DNA from: Octopus sinensis
Lineage: Eukaryota
NCBI RefSeq assembly: GCF_006345805.1
Contig: NC_042998.1
Location: forward strand, 101,122,001-101,186,000
Length of the DNA stretch: 64,000 nt
Direction: 5' to 3'
Below are positions 41,174-55,687 of this stretch, one piece after another; the stretch's first letter is position 1; the number at the start of each line of letters is the position of its first letter. The notes beneath the pieces are model-generated. The model did no database searches. It worked only from the letters and a program-made list of their open reading frames with translations, and had not been told where the DNA came from. Both the position numbers and the translations under genes were made by a program.

Positions 41174-41860
41174 TATGTTTTTAACTTCCCAATGGGCTTT
41201 CTGAATTAGCCCCAAAATTTACGCAATAAAATATGTATATATATATTCTAACTTAATTAATCAAGTCTTGTAAAAATTTTAATGCAAAAAGGATGAGTTT
41301 ATACTTCTTACTATCTAATTTCAGTGATGTGAAATCGTTGATTTTAATAATGCTTCGAAAACTACAGAAGCAGGAAGTGTCCATTTAGCGTTCTTAAATT
41401 GATTATATTCCTAACATCACAGTTTTCAATATAAAATATTACCTCTTCAACGTCATTAATTTTATTTAATTATACAACGCAGGCCTTTTCCAACAAATTA
41501 ATTCTAATTCATAGATTTCTTTGTTTGCTCTATGAGAAATTATGCATGCTTACACACACACACACACTTACACACACATACACACACGTACACTTACACA
41601 CATACGTATACTCGCACCACTCCATTTGTATATCTCGAATTAATATATGTGTAAATACATGCGTGCAGGTTACATTTACAGATATCTGTTCATTTGCATC
41701 TCTCATATAAAGAAACTCAAATGGATTAATATCTGTATACAATCAGTAACACACAAACACATATACACTACCGATAAGAAATAAACACAAAAACACATAC
41801 GAATCTCAGAGGTGCATTGTAAAACATTAGTTATATAACATATAGAGTATATTTCATTAC

Positions 41861-42345
41861 CTGTCGATAGCTATGGCCATAAGTGTAAACACACTGGCAG
41901 ACGTCGTACAAGGAGCTACGAACATGGAAAATTTGCAGAAGTCCTCACCGAACCACCAATTACTATACAACAAATATGCTGTGTTGAATAGAGTGTTCCA
42001 GACGGATATAAGGGCATCTGCCAATGCCAGGTTAAAAAGGAAGTAATTGGTTACGGTTCGCATACGCTTGTGCCAGAGAACTATCCACATAACAATGAGG
42101 TTTCCACCGATCGAGGCGATAATCATGGCGAGGAAGATGATGATGAAAAATACTTGTTGCCACCATGGCAGAATGAATGGATTGGTCGGTGCTAAGGTGG
42201 ATAATTCTTCTGTAGTTGTGTTGTCTGCCCAGTCGATTGTCACATCATAACTGGAGGATTTATCTTGGACAGCTTGGGATTCGAGTAGACTTGATATCGT
42301 CGTTCTGGCCAAAGAAAAAGCCGAAATTTTCTGACTCGCGTTCAT
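41861..42345 (-). CDS. Tachykinin(-related peptide) receptor-like rhodopsin GPCR, first coding exon (N-terminus to TM3)
   Basis: GGNLIVMWIVLWHKRMRTVTNYFLFNLALAD and WWFGEDFCKF...ASVFTLMAIAIDR are characteristic of tachykinin receptors. Acceptor: pyrimidine tract plus CTGCAG| at 42385/42384. Donor: GACAG|GTAATG at 41861, phase 2 within the DRY arginine. N-glycosylation sequons NAS and NTT. Confidence 0.92.
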
Positions 42346-42789
42346 TGGTAAAATTTAGGCGGTTCTTAGAAAAAATCTCTGTACCTGCAGAAAAGAAAAG
42401 AAAAAAGAAATAATGAAGAAGAAATGATTTCAAATAAAGGTTTTGGAGAAGGGTATGATATCAAGATTGTAGCATCAGTATTTGACTGCTACTCTGTTTT
42501 ATTAAACCCTGAAGGATAAAAAACAATCAACGTTAATTATGGAAGCATTTAAACTCAGAACATAAAGATAGAAGAAGTAGTAGTTGTATGGAGGATAATA
42601 GTATGAGGGAATGCACTGTAACAACGCGTCACTGCATCTACCATTCGTTGCTGACTCCTTTGCACCACTCAGGTGACAATCCTCCAAATTTTGGGTCTGT
42701 TTTGGGCAGTCGTTGCTGGTTAGGATTTTATGAGGTCAAATTCAGAAAGTTATTTCGTCCGCTGTTCTAATAGTTTTACCGTGGACCTT

Positions 42790-45245
42790 GTACGTTTTTC
42801 TACTTCAAACAATTCTTTCGAATTTTGGCACAAGGTCAGCAATTTAGGGATGAGGAGTCGATTATATCTACGTCAGTACTTGACTGGTACTTAATTTATC
42901 GATCTCCCTAAAAGGACGAAAGGCAAAGTTGACCTCGGTGGTATTTGAACTCAGGATGTAAAGGGCTAGAAGAAATACTGCTGAGCATTTTGTGAGACGC
43001 ATTTATAATTCCACCAAAACGCCGCCAATCGTCTATTTCAAATAATGATTTCTAATATTGTCACAAGGTCAATCTTTTGAATTTGAGTACAGTTGAGTAT
43101 ATCCGCTCTCAGGACAGAAATGGCATATGTTGTGCAGTCTGTAAAAAGATAAAGGACAGTTGCTGACGTTGGTGCGATTTAAAATCAGAACGTAAAAAGA
43201 TGTAACTAAACACCATAAAGCAATTTTTACTATTGTTGTTTAGCTCCGGCCAGATTTAATCGAGCAGGCGTATGATTTTAGGTATTCTAGCTGGTCATAT
43301 ATTTTCCAACTGTTTTCCTCACTATCAAATAAATGAATATTCCAAATATTGATTCTACATTTTAGTACAAGGCCAGTAATTTCGGCGAAAGGGGTGAATG
43401 GATTACATTGACCCTGTGCTCCGCTGGTACTTATTTTATCAACCTCTAAAGTATGAAAGGCAAAGTCGACCTCGGCGGAATTTGAACTCGGAACGCAAAG
43501 ACGTACGAAATGCTGTTAAGCATTTTCCACGGCGCTCTAACGATTCTGCCAGTTCACCGCCTTAAATACAGTAATCCCTCGCCATATCGCGGTTCACCTA
43601 TCGCAGTTTATTATTTAAGCTTACGCCGATTCCTCCATGGTATTGTTTTGCATTTATAATAAAATAAATATATTCAAATTACAAAAGCAATAAAAAAAAA
43701 ATACACAGTGCAGTACTGTTTCTACTTCGCGGATTTTCACATATCGCTGCGGGTTTTGGAACGTAACATCCGCGATAGTCGATGGATTTCAGTATTCCAA
43801 TATTAATTATAGCTATAATCATATTCTCTGGGTGCACAGTAGGTTTATGATGTTATGTGTAACTTTTTACGTCGTGAGCAACAATTATTTTCATATCATT
43901 GCTGACTAAATGAACACTTCCCCAAAAATCAATGTTCCAGAATAGATTTAATTCAAACTCAGACAAAAAAAAAACAAAAACAAAACAAAAACAAAACAAA
44001 CAAAAAGCAAAACAAAAAAACAAAAACAGTAAAGCAAAACAAAACACATGAAATGAACTAACCGTAGCTTAATGTGAAGTAATTAACAAATAGATTAACT
44101 GGGCATGGTTGGAAACGACCAGTAACATTATATATAATTTTCCTCTTATGAAAATACAGCTGTAATTCTCTAAAAGATTTGTGTGACCCAGTTCTGAGAA
44201 CAAGTCTAATTCATCGGTTTAATGGATAAAGAGCCAACCGTCAGATCCAAACGAGTATGGCTTGGTACCATGTACAATGTTTTTTCTAACTGTTCTAGCT
44301 ATCTATGTAATAATCCTGTTCAATTTTTGCTCGAGGCCAGCAATTTTTCAGGCGGGTGTTAGTCGATTACATCGATCCCAGAGTTCGACTGGAGACAAAG
44401 TCAACCTAAACGGAATTTGAGCCCAGAGCGTAACGTTTTATGTTACGCTCTGAGCCGAGAGAAATTTATTTACTTTTCTATTCTAGGCACAAAGCCCGAA
44501 ATTTTTGGGGAGGGACCAGTCAATTAGATCGACCTCAGTACGCAACCGGTACTTAATTTATCGACTTCGGTGGAATTTGAACTCAGAACGTAACGGCAGA
44601 CGAAATACCTATTTCTATTTCTTTACTACCCACAAGGGGATAAACACAGAGGAGACAAACAAGGACAGACAAACGGATTAAGTCGATTACATCGACCCCA
44701 GTGCGTAACTGGTACTTATTTAATCGACCCTGAAAGGATGAAAGGCAAAGTCGACCTCGGCGGAATTTGAACTCAGAACGTAGCGACAGACGAAATACCG
44801 CCAAGCAGGAATTGAACCCATCAACACCCTAATCATTAGGCCACGCAAGTGGTTTGGGTGTTCGATGGTGTGGATAAGGACATCAATAAATTTAGGGGAT
44901 TAAAAAAAACAGGTTTCTTGTTCATAATAACTTTGAGAAGAGCTCCAGACAATCGACCAATGAAAATATAGATTCTGAGGATGATGGTAACAGTCTATAG
45001 AATTATATTAATACCTATTTCTTTGCTACCCACAAGGGGCTAAACACAGAGAGGACAAACAAGGACAGACCAACGGATTAAGTCGATTATATCGACCCCA
45101 GTGCGTATCTGGTACTTATTCAATCGACCCCGAAAGGATGAAAGGCAAAGTCGACCTCGGCGGAATTTGAACTCAGAACGTAGTGGCAGACGAAATACTG
45201 CTGAGCATTTCGCCCGGAGTGCTAACATTTCTGCCAGCTCGCCGC
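42790..45245 (-). mobile_element. Cluster of about six family B SINE copies or fragments in the same orientation
   Basis: Repeated GTCGATTACATCGACCCCAGT...GAAAGGATGAAAGGCAAAGTCGACCTCGGCGGAATTTGAACTCAGAACG at about 42.9, 43.4, 44.4, 44.5, 44.7 and 45.1 kb. Confidence 0.88.
43569..43792. mobile_element. pogo/Tigger-like MITE
   Basis: TA|CAGTAATCCCTCGCCATATCGCG ... CGCGATAGTCGATGGATTTCAG|TA imperfect TIRs. Confidence 0.65.
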
Positions 45246-45694
45246 CTTTGTATATTATATTAATACCATCATCTACATCATCATCATCATCATCACCACC
45301 ACCACCACCACCACCACCACCACTAACTGTAGTAACAGTAGCGACAACAGGAGTAATAAGGTATACTGCGTTTGTTACGTCCCCTTTCTTACCGATGAAT
45401 TCACTGGCGATGACGCGATGACAGCAGAACAGGATATTTATTTTATCTTTCCTAGTTTGTCAAGAGGAATAAATATTTAAACACGCTTCTAATTTCTGAG
45501 TTCAAATTTTGCTATTATCATTTGCCGCTATGTAGTTAATACGTTGATTGGTAGATAAATTTTTGTCTACAAGAATGTAACAAGATATATTTACACTTAC
45601 AAACTTTCCAAGAGCATCAGATAACAGAATTGTATTCTTCAAGAATATTGGAAGGCACCTTTCTTTCTCTTTCACATTCTTTCCGTCTCCCCTC

Positions 45695-45732
<38 letters not shown>

Positions 45733-45973
45733 CTATATATATATATATATTATATATATATATATACATATATTAAATTAGAGATAAAACCACTATTAGG
45801 CAAATCAAACTATATTTACACACATAAATCACACACAAATATCTATGTATACACACATATATATATAACATATTTTTTATATACATTTATGTACGTGTGT
45901 ATGCGTATATATATATGTGTGTGTGTACATATATATATATATATACATATATATATACTGTTTATATACATAT

Positions 45974-46022
<49 letters not shown>

Positions 46023-46850
46023 CACACCACACATATACGCATACACACGTACATAAATGTATATCAAAAATATGTTATATATATATGCGTGTATATATAG
46101 ATATTTGTGTGTGTATTTATGTGTGTAAATATATATATTTACATATTTGTGTGTACATATATAAATATGTGTATGTGTACACACACACGCACATATATTT
46201 ATACATTCATATATGTGGTGTGCGTGTGTGTGTGGAAGAGAGTGAGAGAGAGCGTGTGAAAGAGAAGGAGAGAGAAGGAGAGAGAAGAAGAGAGGGTGTG
46301 TATTTGTGATGATAAGACTCACACGAACTCCTCTGAGTAGGTCTTAACTTGTCCAAATGAAGTATTACACTGAAAACGTTCCGCCAAAAGTTACATATTT
46401 ACACACATAAACATGTATGTACTCACAGGAACATACACACAAACACACACATATTCAGAAATGCGTGCAGGTATGTATGTGTGAGGGTGTTTGTGTATAG
46501 TTCAATGTTTGGTATGTTTGTATGTTTCGAACAGGAAACCTACACATAAAAATACACACGTACACATATACACACTTACATTGTTTTATACACACAAATG
46601 CATAAAAGTATTGCAAAATATTCCCACACACACACAAGCAATGATAAAGTAGAATTGTTTGAACCACGAATTAAGAGCTCTGTATGGTATGTAAATGAAT
46701 ATTAACTATTACTTCCTATGCTCAAATCTTGTCGTAGTTGGTTTATTTTTCATTGTTCTGGAGTCATTGATAAATGAAGAACCTGTAGACTATCGGCATG
46801 GAATAAAATCGACTTTAGTTGTTTCAGTTATTTATGGATATATTTCTATA

Positions 46851-47667
46851 CTAGCAGTATATCCCGGCCTTGCCCGGGATTAAGTTACGATTATTAAGCT
46901 AATCAAGTTCTTTATTTCAAACCAAACTAAGTAATATCGACTCTCAACAAAACACTTTTTTTACTCGGCGTAAAATAAAAACAAATCTCTTTCGCACCCA
47001 AAGTAATGTGAGAGAGAGAGAGAGAGAGAGAGAGAGGAGGGGGAGAAAGATGACCAATTTAAAATAGATAAATGATTTATGATAAATATATTGTAATTGT
47101 TGTGTGAGAAAGTATATATACTATGATTATAAAATATAGTGTCTTTCAAAATCATTTTACATTTTATTTTTTATGAACGTCGTCACTCACTCTCTCTCTC
47201 TCCCTCTCTCACTTTGTCTTTCCCGTGAAACTCTCTGCCTCCTTCTTCCACTTTTCTTCATCGTATTTTTTTGTTAGACGCTGTCTAAAAAGCTATGGCT
47301 GAAAATAGATTTTATGAACATCGTCACTTACTCTCTCTCTCCCTCTCTCACTTTGTCTTTTCCGTGAAACTCTCTGCCTCATTCTTCCACTTTTCTTTAT
47401 CTTGTTTTTTTTTGTTAGATGCCGTCAAAAAAGCTATGGCTGATATTTTTTATGGCTAAAAACTATGGCTGAAAATAGATGTTTACGCTATCCGCGGGTG
47501 CCTCGGGGAAAAATAGGTTGACAAAACCCAGATATGATGTTGACGAATGTCCTCCTAAAATTTGAGTGACATGCGTGCTAATTTTTGGATGTGCATATAT
47601 TACAATCACGTACACATACACACACACACACACCCAGGCACACACATCATGCCTTTTATAGATATGA
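46851..47667 (-). mobile_element. Non-autonomous Helitron with an internal ~140-bp tandem duplication
   Basis: Minus strand starts A|TCATATCTATAAAAGG and ends in the hairpin CCCGG-GCAAGG-CCGGG plus CTAG|T. Duplicated block at about 47177 and 47317. Confidence 0.6.
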
Positions 47668-48629
47668 TTCTATATTTCTATATTCGAAATCTCTGTTCAC
47701 ATATATTGATAATGAATGACCGAAACGGTAAAGTCCGAGTCAACAAGGGTACCGTTACCAAATCGCTTCTTCTGGTAAAATAGCACCCAAATTTCGTTAA
47801 ATTACTCGTAAAGAAACCGGTTCTATGTTCATAATGACTAATAAAAATATGCACTCTGAGTAGTAAGTTAAATAACATATTGGATAACGTAGTCCTCTAT
47901 ACACTGTATAAAAAACGGGATGATTATGATTGGAATACTTTGGTCATAAGTATGCTTAATTAGAGATGATTTCAGGGTTAAACGATAACGAAAGAATAGC
48001 AATAACGACAATAGTAGAATATTCTGCCTCAATATCTCGTGGGATTTGATACTCTCTTATACAGTAAGTTCGAATCTTGAAATCACACTTAAACGTACAT
48101 TGGTTGGGCCACCGTCAGTTAATGTTGACCATGTTTTTACAAAATCACGCGCAAGCCTGAACAAGGGTTTGAGGAAGACTGCTTACATGTCTCCCGTCTC
48201 TATGTCACCAATGTTTATCCAAGGGAAAGATACCGACCTGAGCCGATACAGCTTGGCTCCAGTATCGTCACAGGCGTTGCTATCAGACGGTAGTAATCCG
48301 GACCAGGTACTACACAGCACTTTTCTTGAGTTTCACTAAACAATCTTCCTAGATTGGTACTTTTGTATCGATCCCGAAAAGATAAAACGCGAAGTTGATC
48401 TCGGCGAGATTTGAAATCAGAATACAGAGAATCGGAATACTACAGAGCATTCTATGCAACTCATCAATGACTGATATTTCGGCACCCTCGATGAACGCAT
48501 ATGCTAAACCCCAAATACCTTTATTTCTGAAACACACACACACAATTTCGTACTGGATGGAGATCTGAGCATGAGGCACTATCTCTTTGCCAGAAACAAG
48601 GTACCTTATCTAGGAATAAAATTTATATT

Positions 48630-49185
<556 letters not shown>

Positions 49186-50077
49186 GTGTGTGTGTATGCG
49201 TGTGTTCATTTCAAAGTATATATTACATGACTTGTCATCATGGTACATGATATAAGCTGCGTTTACATTGTCTATACGAAGAAACATAAATGTTTCCTTT
49301 GTCATTCCTAATGATAGTAAGCTAAGAATATATTATCGTTGTAACTATGTAAAATTAATTTAATCATACACACATATAAACATACGTGCAGACATATAAA
49401 TTAGTGGATATTTGTATACATAATCGAGGGAGAAACAAATTACTCTATAAAGTACAATGTTTACAGTTTATTAAAAATTAAAGCTTGTTGAGATCATAAC
49501 TGGGAGTTTCACAACACTGAATTATTTAAGTGATTCATGTAGTGACCAGTGTGATAATATATAAGCAAAAGTATTTGGAGGCTTACTCAAATATACTTAG
49601 GTGAAGAAAGCAGTCAAAATTTTATTGGTTACCGAATAATTATCTCATAGTGAACTACACATTCATTTATTCAATCGTCATGTGCAGAATAGGTGGTGTT
49701 TCCAGCAATTCAGATGCAAAAACGAAGTTTAAGATAAATATTTATGAGTATTCGATGTACTGTTGAGGTTTCATATTTCGATGTGTTCACAAATGTTTCT
49801 GTATATATATATATACTATATATAATATATATATAATATATATAATATATATATTACGTGATCGACCAGACTGTCATACAGTGCTGGACACAATGTGATT
49901 TGTGTCGGTTTTACTTTCGAATAATTTCACTCCGCTGACTAAGCGAGCTGGCCAACATTTTCCTTGATCGGAGGGCAAGTCCTTCACAAGGTTACCCATT
50001 TAGAGCTTGCTCAAGAGCACAGCACGCAGCTTGTCTGGGAAATGAAACAATCGTGAAGGCCATGTGCCTTCACACAC

Positions 50078-50121
<44 letters not shown>

Positions 50122-50337
50122 CATAGACAAAAATGCGCGCACACATTGCATATATACGTATATACGTATCTTTGTATGTATGTATGACTAATCGATTACT
50201 TTTTCAAGAAGCTTAAACTTCAACTATAGACTCAAGAACTCTTTCATTTCACGTCTCTTTTTCCCACATGTACACACACACACACACACACATCACTCAC
50301 ACACATACACACATACACACAACACACAACACACACA

Positions 50338-50411
<74 letters not shown>

Positions 50412-50482
50412 TTCATATTATATCGTCTACTTAGGTTTCCGATATTTACCATAAACCTGAAAGCAATAGCAACTTTTATTTA

Positions 50483-50582
50483 NNNNNNNNNNNNNNNNNN
50501 NNNNNNNNNNNNNNNNNNNNNNNNNNNNNNNNNNNNNNNNNNNNNNNNNNNNNNNNNNNNNNNNNNNNNNNNNNNNNNNNNN
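50483..50582. other. Assembly gap (100 N)
   Basis: Run of exactly 100 N, typical of a placeholder for unknown gap size. Confidence 0.99.
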
Positions 50583-51139
50583 TATGAAGAAACATTACTA
50601 GTCAACGACATACGGTAAACAATAAAAAGTTTTCATCCTACTGACGAATAACAATCTGATACTGAAAAGAAAATAAATTTATAAGACAACGTATTATCAC
50701 GAGCCAGAGATGACTGTGTAAAGAAATCACCCCTTAGTTACAAACAATGCTAAAATGTCACGAGGAACAAATTCTATAATTTGTATTAGTTTTTGGTCTT
50801 TGTTCGTATTTGGTGCAAAATATCTGGAGAGAAATTAGGATCTACAAACGATCAATAATTAATCAGTGATCAACTCAGCTGGTACACACGCACACACACG
50901 CATATAGTCGCACGCACACACATGTATAGATATAATATATATATGTGTGTATCTATGTATATTTTATATATCATAAAATTTATCATCAGCTATATCAGAT
51001 TATACCTATTCACACGAATACAATGAAAACGAAGTAGACACATACATAAACACAAATAAAAATACACACAAGCACAAATTACATATATTGCAGACATACA
51101 TACAAACATATATACATACATACATAGATACATACATAC

Positions 51140-51179
<40 letters not shown>

Positions 51180-51318
51180 ATATATTATATATATATATAT
51201 ATTATATATATATATATATATATATTTATATCTATATATTATATTATATAGATATATATATATATATGTTTAATATATATAGTATATATATATATTATAT
51301 ATATATATGTTTAATATA

Positions 51319-51353
<35 letters not shown>

Positions 51354-51884
51354 GGTATAATAATATTGCGTGCAAGTGTATACGTGTGTATACATACACA
51401 CATATACAATCATATACATACATGCATATATGTATATATATATATACATATATATATGTTTATATATATTATATATATATATATATATGCGTGCAAGTGT
51501 ATGCGTGTGTGTATACACTCACATATACATATACATTCATATGCATACATGCATATATATATATGTATATATATTTGTATACATACATATATATATACAC
51601 CCACACACACATCCACATATACAGAGAGATAGATAGTAGATATATATCTAGCTATATATATATATATATATATAATATATATATACATATATGTACACGT
51701 GCGTGTGCTCAATATATGCGATTTATAAAGGAAATAAAATACGTCAACTTGGAAAACGGTGACGCTAATTTGAAACATATCGGAGCTCCCAGTCGTTAAA
51801 TGAATTAATTTTGAAGTGGTATTGTGTGAAATGAGAGAGAAAGCGAGCAGAGACTGTGTGCGAGAGAGCAAGAGAGGCAGAAGT

Positions 51885-51921
<37 letters not shown>

Positions 51922-52431
51922 AAGAGAGAGAGAGAAAGACAAAGTAGGGAAAAGTCATGACTGTGAAGGCTTACGAAGATGGGAAGTAAAAGCGAATGAA
52001 TATGTAAAACAAGTGTATTTAATTAACTAATTTTGCAGGCGATAACTATGAAAGGAATTGTAGAACGATTCCTATAATAAAATATTAGTAAAATAGTATA
52101 AGAAAAATGAAAGACGAAACGGAGAAAAAAAAAACAAAAAACAGAAAAACAAAATCAGACTATGTACATAACTTTTAATGAATATTGTTAGTATTGATTC
52201 TTATGAGATATATTTACACTTTCGATACCTATTTTCTATATTTTAGTTCCCTTAGCACGCACACGTATGGGTTTAAATATATAGATATATTCACACACAA
52301 ACATACATACACACACACACACACATATATATATCACACACTAATATATTATATACACATATATACATAACATATAATATATATATATATATATATCTAT
52401 ATATATATCTATATATATACACACACATACA

Positions 52432-52900
52432 GTCGCGGCGTGGCGGCTGTGTTTTCCAGTCACATGGTTGTGGGTTCCATCCTGATGAGTGCCACCTTAG
52501 GCAAGTGTCTTCTGCTGAAGCCTCGGACAGATCAAAATTTTGTAAGTGAATCTGGTAGACGGAAACTGAATGAAGCCTCTATTTAAGAGATGAGGAATTA
52601 TGTACATTCTCTCTCTCTTTACTCTTTTACTTGTTTCAGTCATTTGACTGCGGCCATGCTGGAGCACCACCTTTAGTCGAGCAAATCGACTTTGTAAGCC
52701 CAGTACTTATTCTATCGGTCTCTTTTGCCAAACCGCTAAGTAACGGCGACGTAAACACACCAGCATCGGTTGTCAAGCAATGCTAGGTGGACAAACACAG
52801 ACACACAAACATACACACACACATATATATATATAAATATACATATATATAAATATACATATATATAATGGGCTTCTTTCAGTTTCCGCCTACCAAATCC
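52432..52900. mobile_element. Two family A SINE pieces, tail to tail (plus head 52432-52580; minus body 52612-52900)
   Basis: Family A motifs in opposite orientations. Confidence 0.8.
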
Positions 52901-53127
52901 ACATTATTTACATTATTTACATTTGATGGATATTTGACCTCATCTTGTTTGTTGGGTTCTCATTCGCAAGGTATTTTTCGATGTTATTATTATTATCGCC
53001 CCAAATGTGGGCGACTCGGGTGCGCTATTTCTAAGTGTGAGGTCTGCGTTCGCGCTCACCCCGTAAATCAAACTAAGAACAGATTATTATTATTATTATT
53101 ATTATTGAGGTCACTGCTTGGAATCGT

Positions 53128-53665
53128 CTCGGAATCTTAGGGCGAGTAGCCAGCGCTCTTAATCACTATGCCACATGCCCGTGGGCAATTATGGAGTGAA
53201 TTTTAGGGCTTATAAATCTAATATTTTTCTATCCTTCGTTAATACCGGTTTTCATGTGCTGCTCATATCTGCACTCGGTCTGCTTTGGAGGTTGTTGTGT
53301 CCAAACATATGTACTGATTCTTTCAGTTTTCGTATTTTCCAGTGCTGTTCTCTATTATTTTAGCTTCATCCCACAGGGGAGGTGGTCTCCATTTTTCCAT
53401 AGATGGTCACCTATACCCGATTTATCAATATCTCCTCGTGTAACAACTTTGCATGTTTCGCCTTTATATAACCTACCACAGCTGCATAGGATGGAGTACA
53501 CGCAATCTTTGGTCATATACTCTTCTATTGGTGGTTTTTACTCGAAGTGTTGTATTACTCTTAAATACTGTCGTGGTGTCATATGGGCCGCATATCTTTT
53601 GTATGTTTTCAGATAGGACTTTCACATAGGGTAGACAGACGATGGGCAGTTTATTGTCCACTACT
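53128..53665 (-). mobile_element. Penelope-like element 3' fragment (GIY-YIG endonuclease relic) followed by a tRNA-like head
   Basis: VCLPYVKVLSENIQKI...VFKSNTTLR, KDCVYSILCSCGRLYKGET and DKSGIGDHLW are typical of the Penelope RT-thumb to GIY-YIG region. Confidence 0.8.
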
Positions 53666-53699
53666 CCAAAAACATACTATCCACTCCAATTATGAAGAA

Positions 53700-53996
53700 A
53701 AGAGAGGACGAAACCAATAAACTGTCCACAGTCTGTGTGAAAGGCCTCTCCGAAAAGATACAAAAGATATGTGACCCATATGACATGAGGGCAGTATTCA
53801 AGAGTAATACAACACTTCGCAAATATCTCAACAACCTCTTAAGCAGACTGAGTGCAGATATGAGTAGCATATGGGAACCGGTATTAAGGAAGAATAGAAA
53901 AATAGTTTTTTAAGCCCTAAAATTCACTCCATAATTGCCCACGGGCATATGGCATAGTGGTTAAGACCGCGGGCTACTAACCTCAAGATTCCGAGT
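53700..53996 (+). mobile_element. Inverted, internally deleted second copy of the Penelope fragment plus tRNA-like head
   Basis: TVCVKGLSEKIQKICDPYDMRAVFKSNTTLRKYL. 53830-53996 is the reverse complement of about 53128-53300. Confidence 0.8.
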
Positions 53997-54059
53997 TCCG
54001 AATAATAATGATAACAATTATAACAAGATGAGGACAAGTATCCGTGAATGAAGCCTGTC

Positions 54060-54300
54060 GTACATGTATTTATACATATATGTCTCTGTGTGTCTTTGCA
54101 TTTGTGCTTGTTCCAACCACCGCTCGACAACCGGTGATTGCGTGTTTACGCCTCCGTAACATAGCGGTTCAGCAAAGTAAACCGATGGAATGAGTACCAT
54201 GCTTAAAAAAAATATACGTACTGGGATCGATTCATTCAACTAAAATCCCTTAAGATAGTCCCCCAATAAGGCTCCAGTCTAATGACTGAAACAAATAAAA
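54060..54300 (+). mobile_element. SINE family A 3' half, degenerate
   Basis: GACAACCGGTGATTGCGTGTTTACG...TAGCGGTTCAGCAAA...GACTGAAACAAATAAAA. Confidence 0.65.
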
Positions 54301-54539
54301 AATAAAGTATATCCTATTATTCTTTTAAACATTTCAACCCATAAGCTGTGGTCATGCTGGGACAACGGCAACGTTACTACCTTTTGAATGGCCATTCCTA
54401 TGTGTCTGGCTTTTGGTGAAGGAGGGAGTTCGATATTGCTGCCCTCTTTTGAGTTTCTTGCCGTGATGTAAGTTCATCTGGGATCTTGGATATCAGAAGT
54501 TCACGTTGTTTCTTGAAAATATCTACTTCTACGCCATGT

Positions 54540-54800
54540 GAAGGCGCATTTCTCAGTAGTTAAGTCGCCGGGCACACAATTATGTGGAAGTAAGTTCGAT
54601 CCCCGGACCGGGTTGTGTATTGTGTTCTTCAGCAAGATACTTTATTTCACGTTGCTCAAGTTCACTCACCTGTATAAATGGGTTGCGGCGTCACTGCTGT
54701 CAAGCCGCATCGGTGGCGTGGAGAGGGGAAGATGGTCCTTTAAAGCATAAATGTTTCAAAGCTCTTGAATTCCGTGTGAACCACCCAACCTATATTTATG

Positions 54801-54845
<45 letters not shown>

Positions 54846-55158
54846 GCGGAGGCGCAATGGCCCAGTGGTTAGGGCAGCGGACTCGCGGTCGTAGGATCGC
54901 GGTTTCAACTCCCAGATCGGGCGTTGTGAGTGTTTAGTGAGCGAAAACACCTAAAGCTCCACAATGCTCCGGCAGGGGGTGGGGGTGGCGATCCCTGTTG
55001 TACTCTTTCGCCACAACTTTCTCTAACTCTTTCTTCTGTTGGCCTGCTCGCTTAGCCAGCGGGGTGGTGTCATTTGAAGGCTAAAACAATGCGAGGCGCA
55101 TTGTGACCAGCGATGTGTAGCAACATCTGATAATCTGGTCCATCACGGTGACGGTGAT
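54540..55158 (+). mobile_element. Two tRNA-derived SINEs (family C-like 54540-54790; related GC-rich SINE 54846-55158)
   Basis: A/B-box-like heads TGGCCCAGTGGTTAGG...GGTTTCAACTCCC and AAGTTCGATCCCC. Confidence 0.75.
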
Positions 55159-55577
55159 ATATATATATGGAGCAATCTGAAGATTAATCAGCCAAAATTG
55201 GGAGCATGATCCGGTTCTTGACTGAAGATAAAAGGCTTCGAATGACCCGTCCTTGTTTTATTGTATCGTCTATCTAGAAGTTTGTCTTGTTGTCCCATTT
55301 TGTATTATATATATATATAATATATAATATATATATATATAATAGATAATATATATATATATATATATCTATATCGCCTATGGTTTTGTATTATGTGGTG
55401 TATACCTGCACAATAAAATATATAAGAGTGAAAGGAAAATGAATCTCTATGTGTAATGGTGAGATAATACGAGCTATAACCTGTAGTTTAATTCGCCGTT
55501 AGATATTCGATACTACTACCTGATTTATCTGGCTGAGAGTCTAGTATGTATGCAGTTTATCTAAAGAGAAGTGAACA

Positions 55578-55687
<110 letters not shown>

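Noticed and set aside
44590-45245. Regularly recurring repeats that could be mistaken for a CRISPR-like array
   Set aside because: The units are 200-bp SINE copies with irregular spacing in eukaryotic DNA, with no constant short repeat and spacer pattern.
54846-54920. tRNA-like sequences (also at 28061, 53945 and all family A heads)
   Set aside because: They are SINE heads with poor acceptor stems that continue into SINE bodies, so they were not called as tRNA genes.
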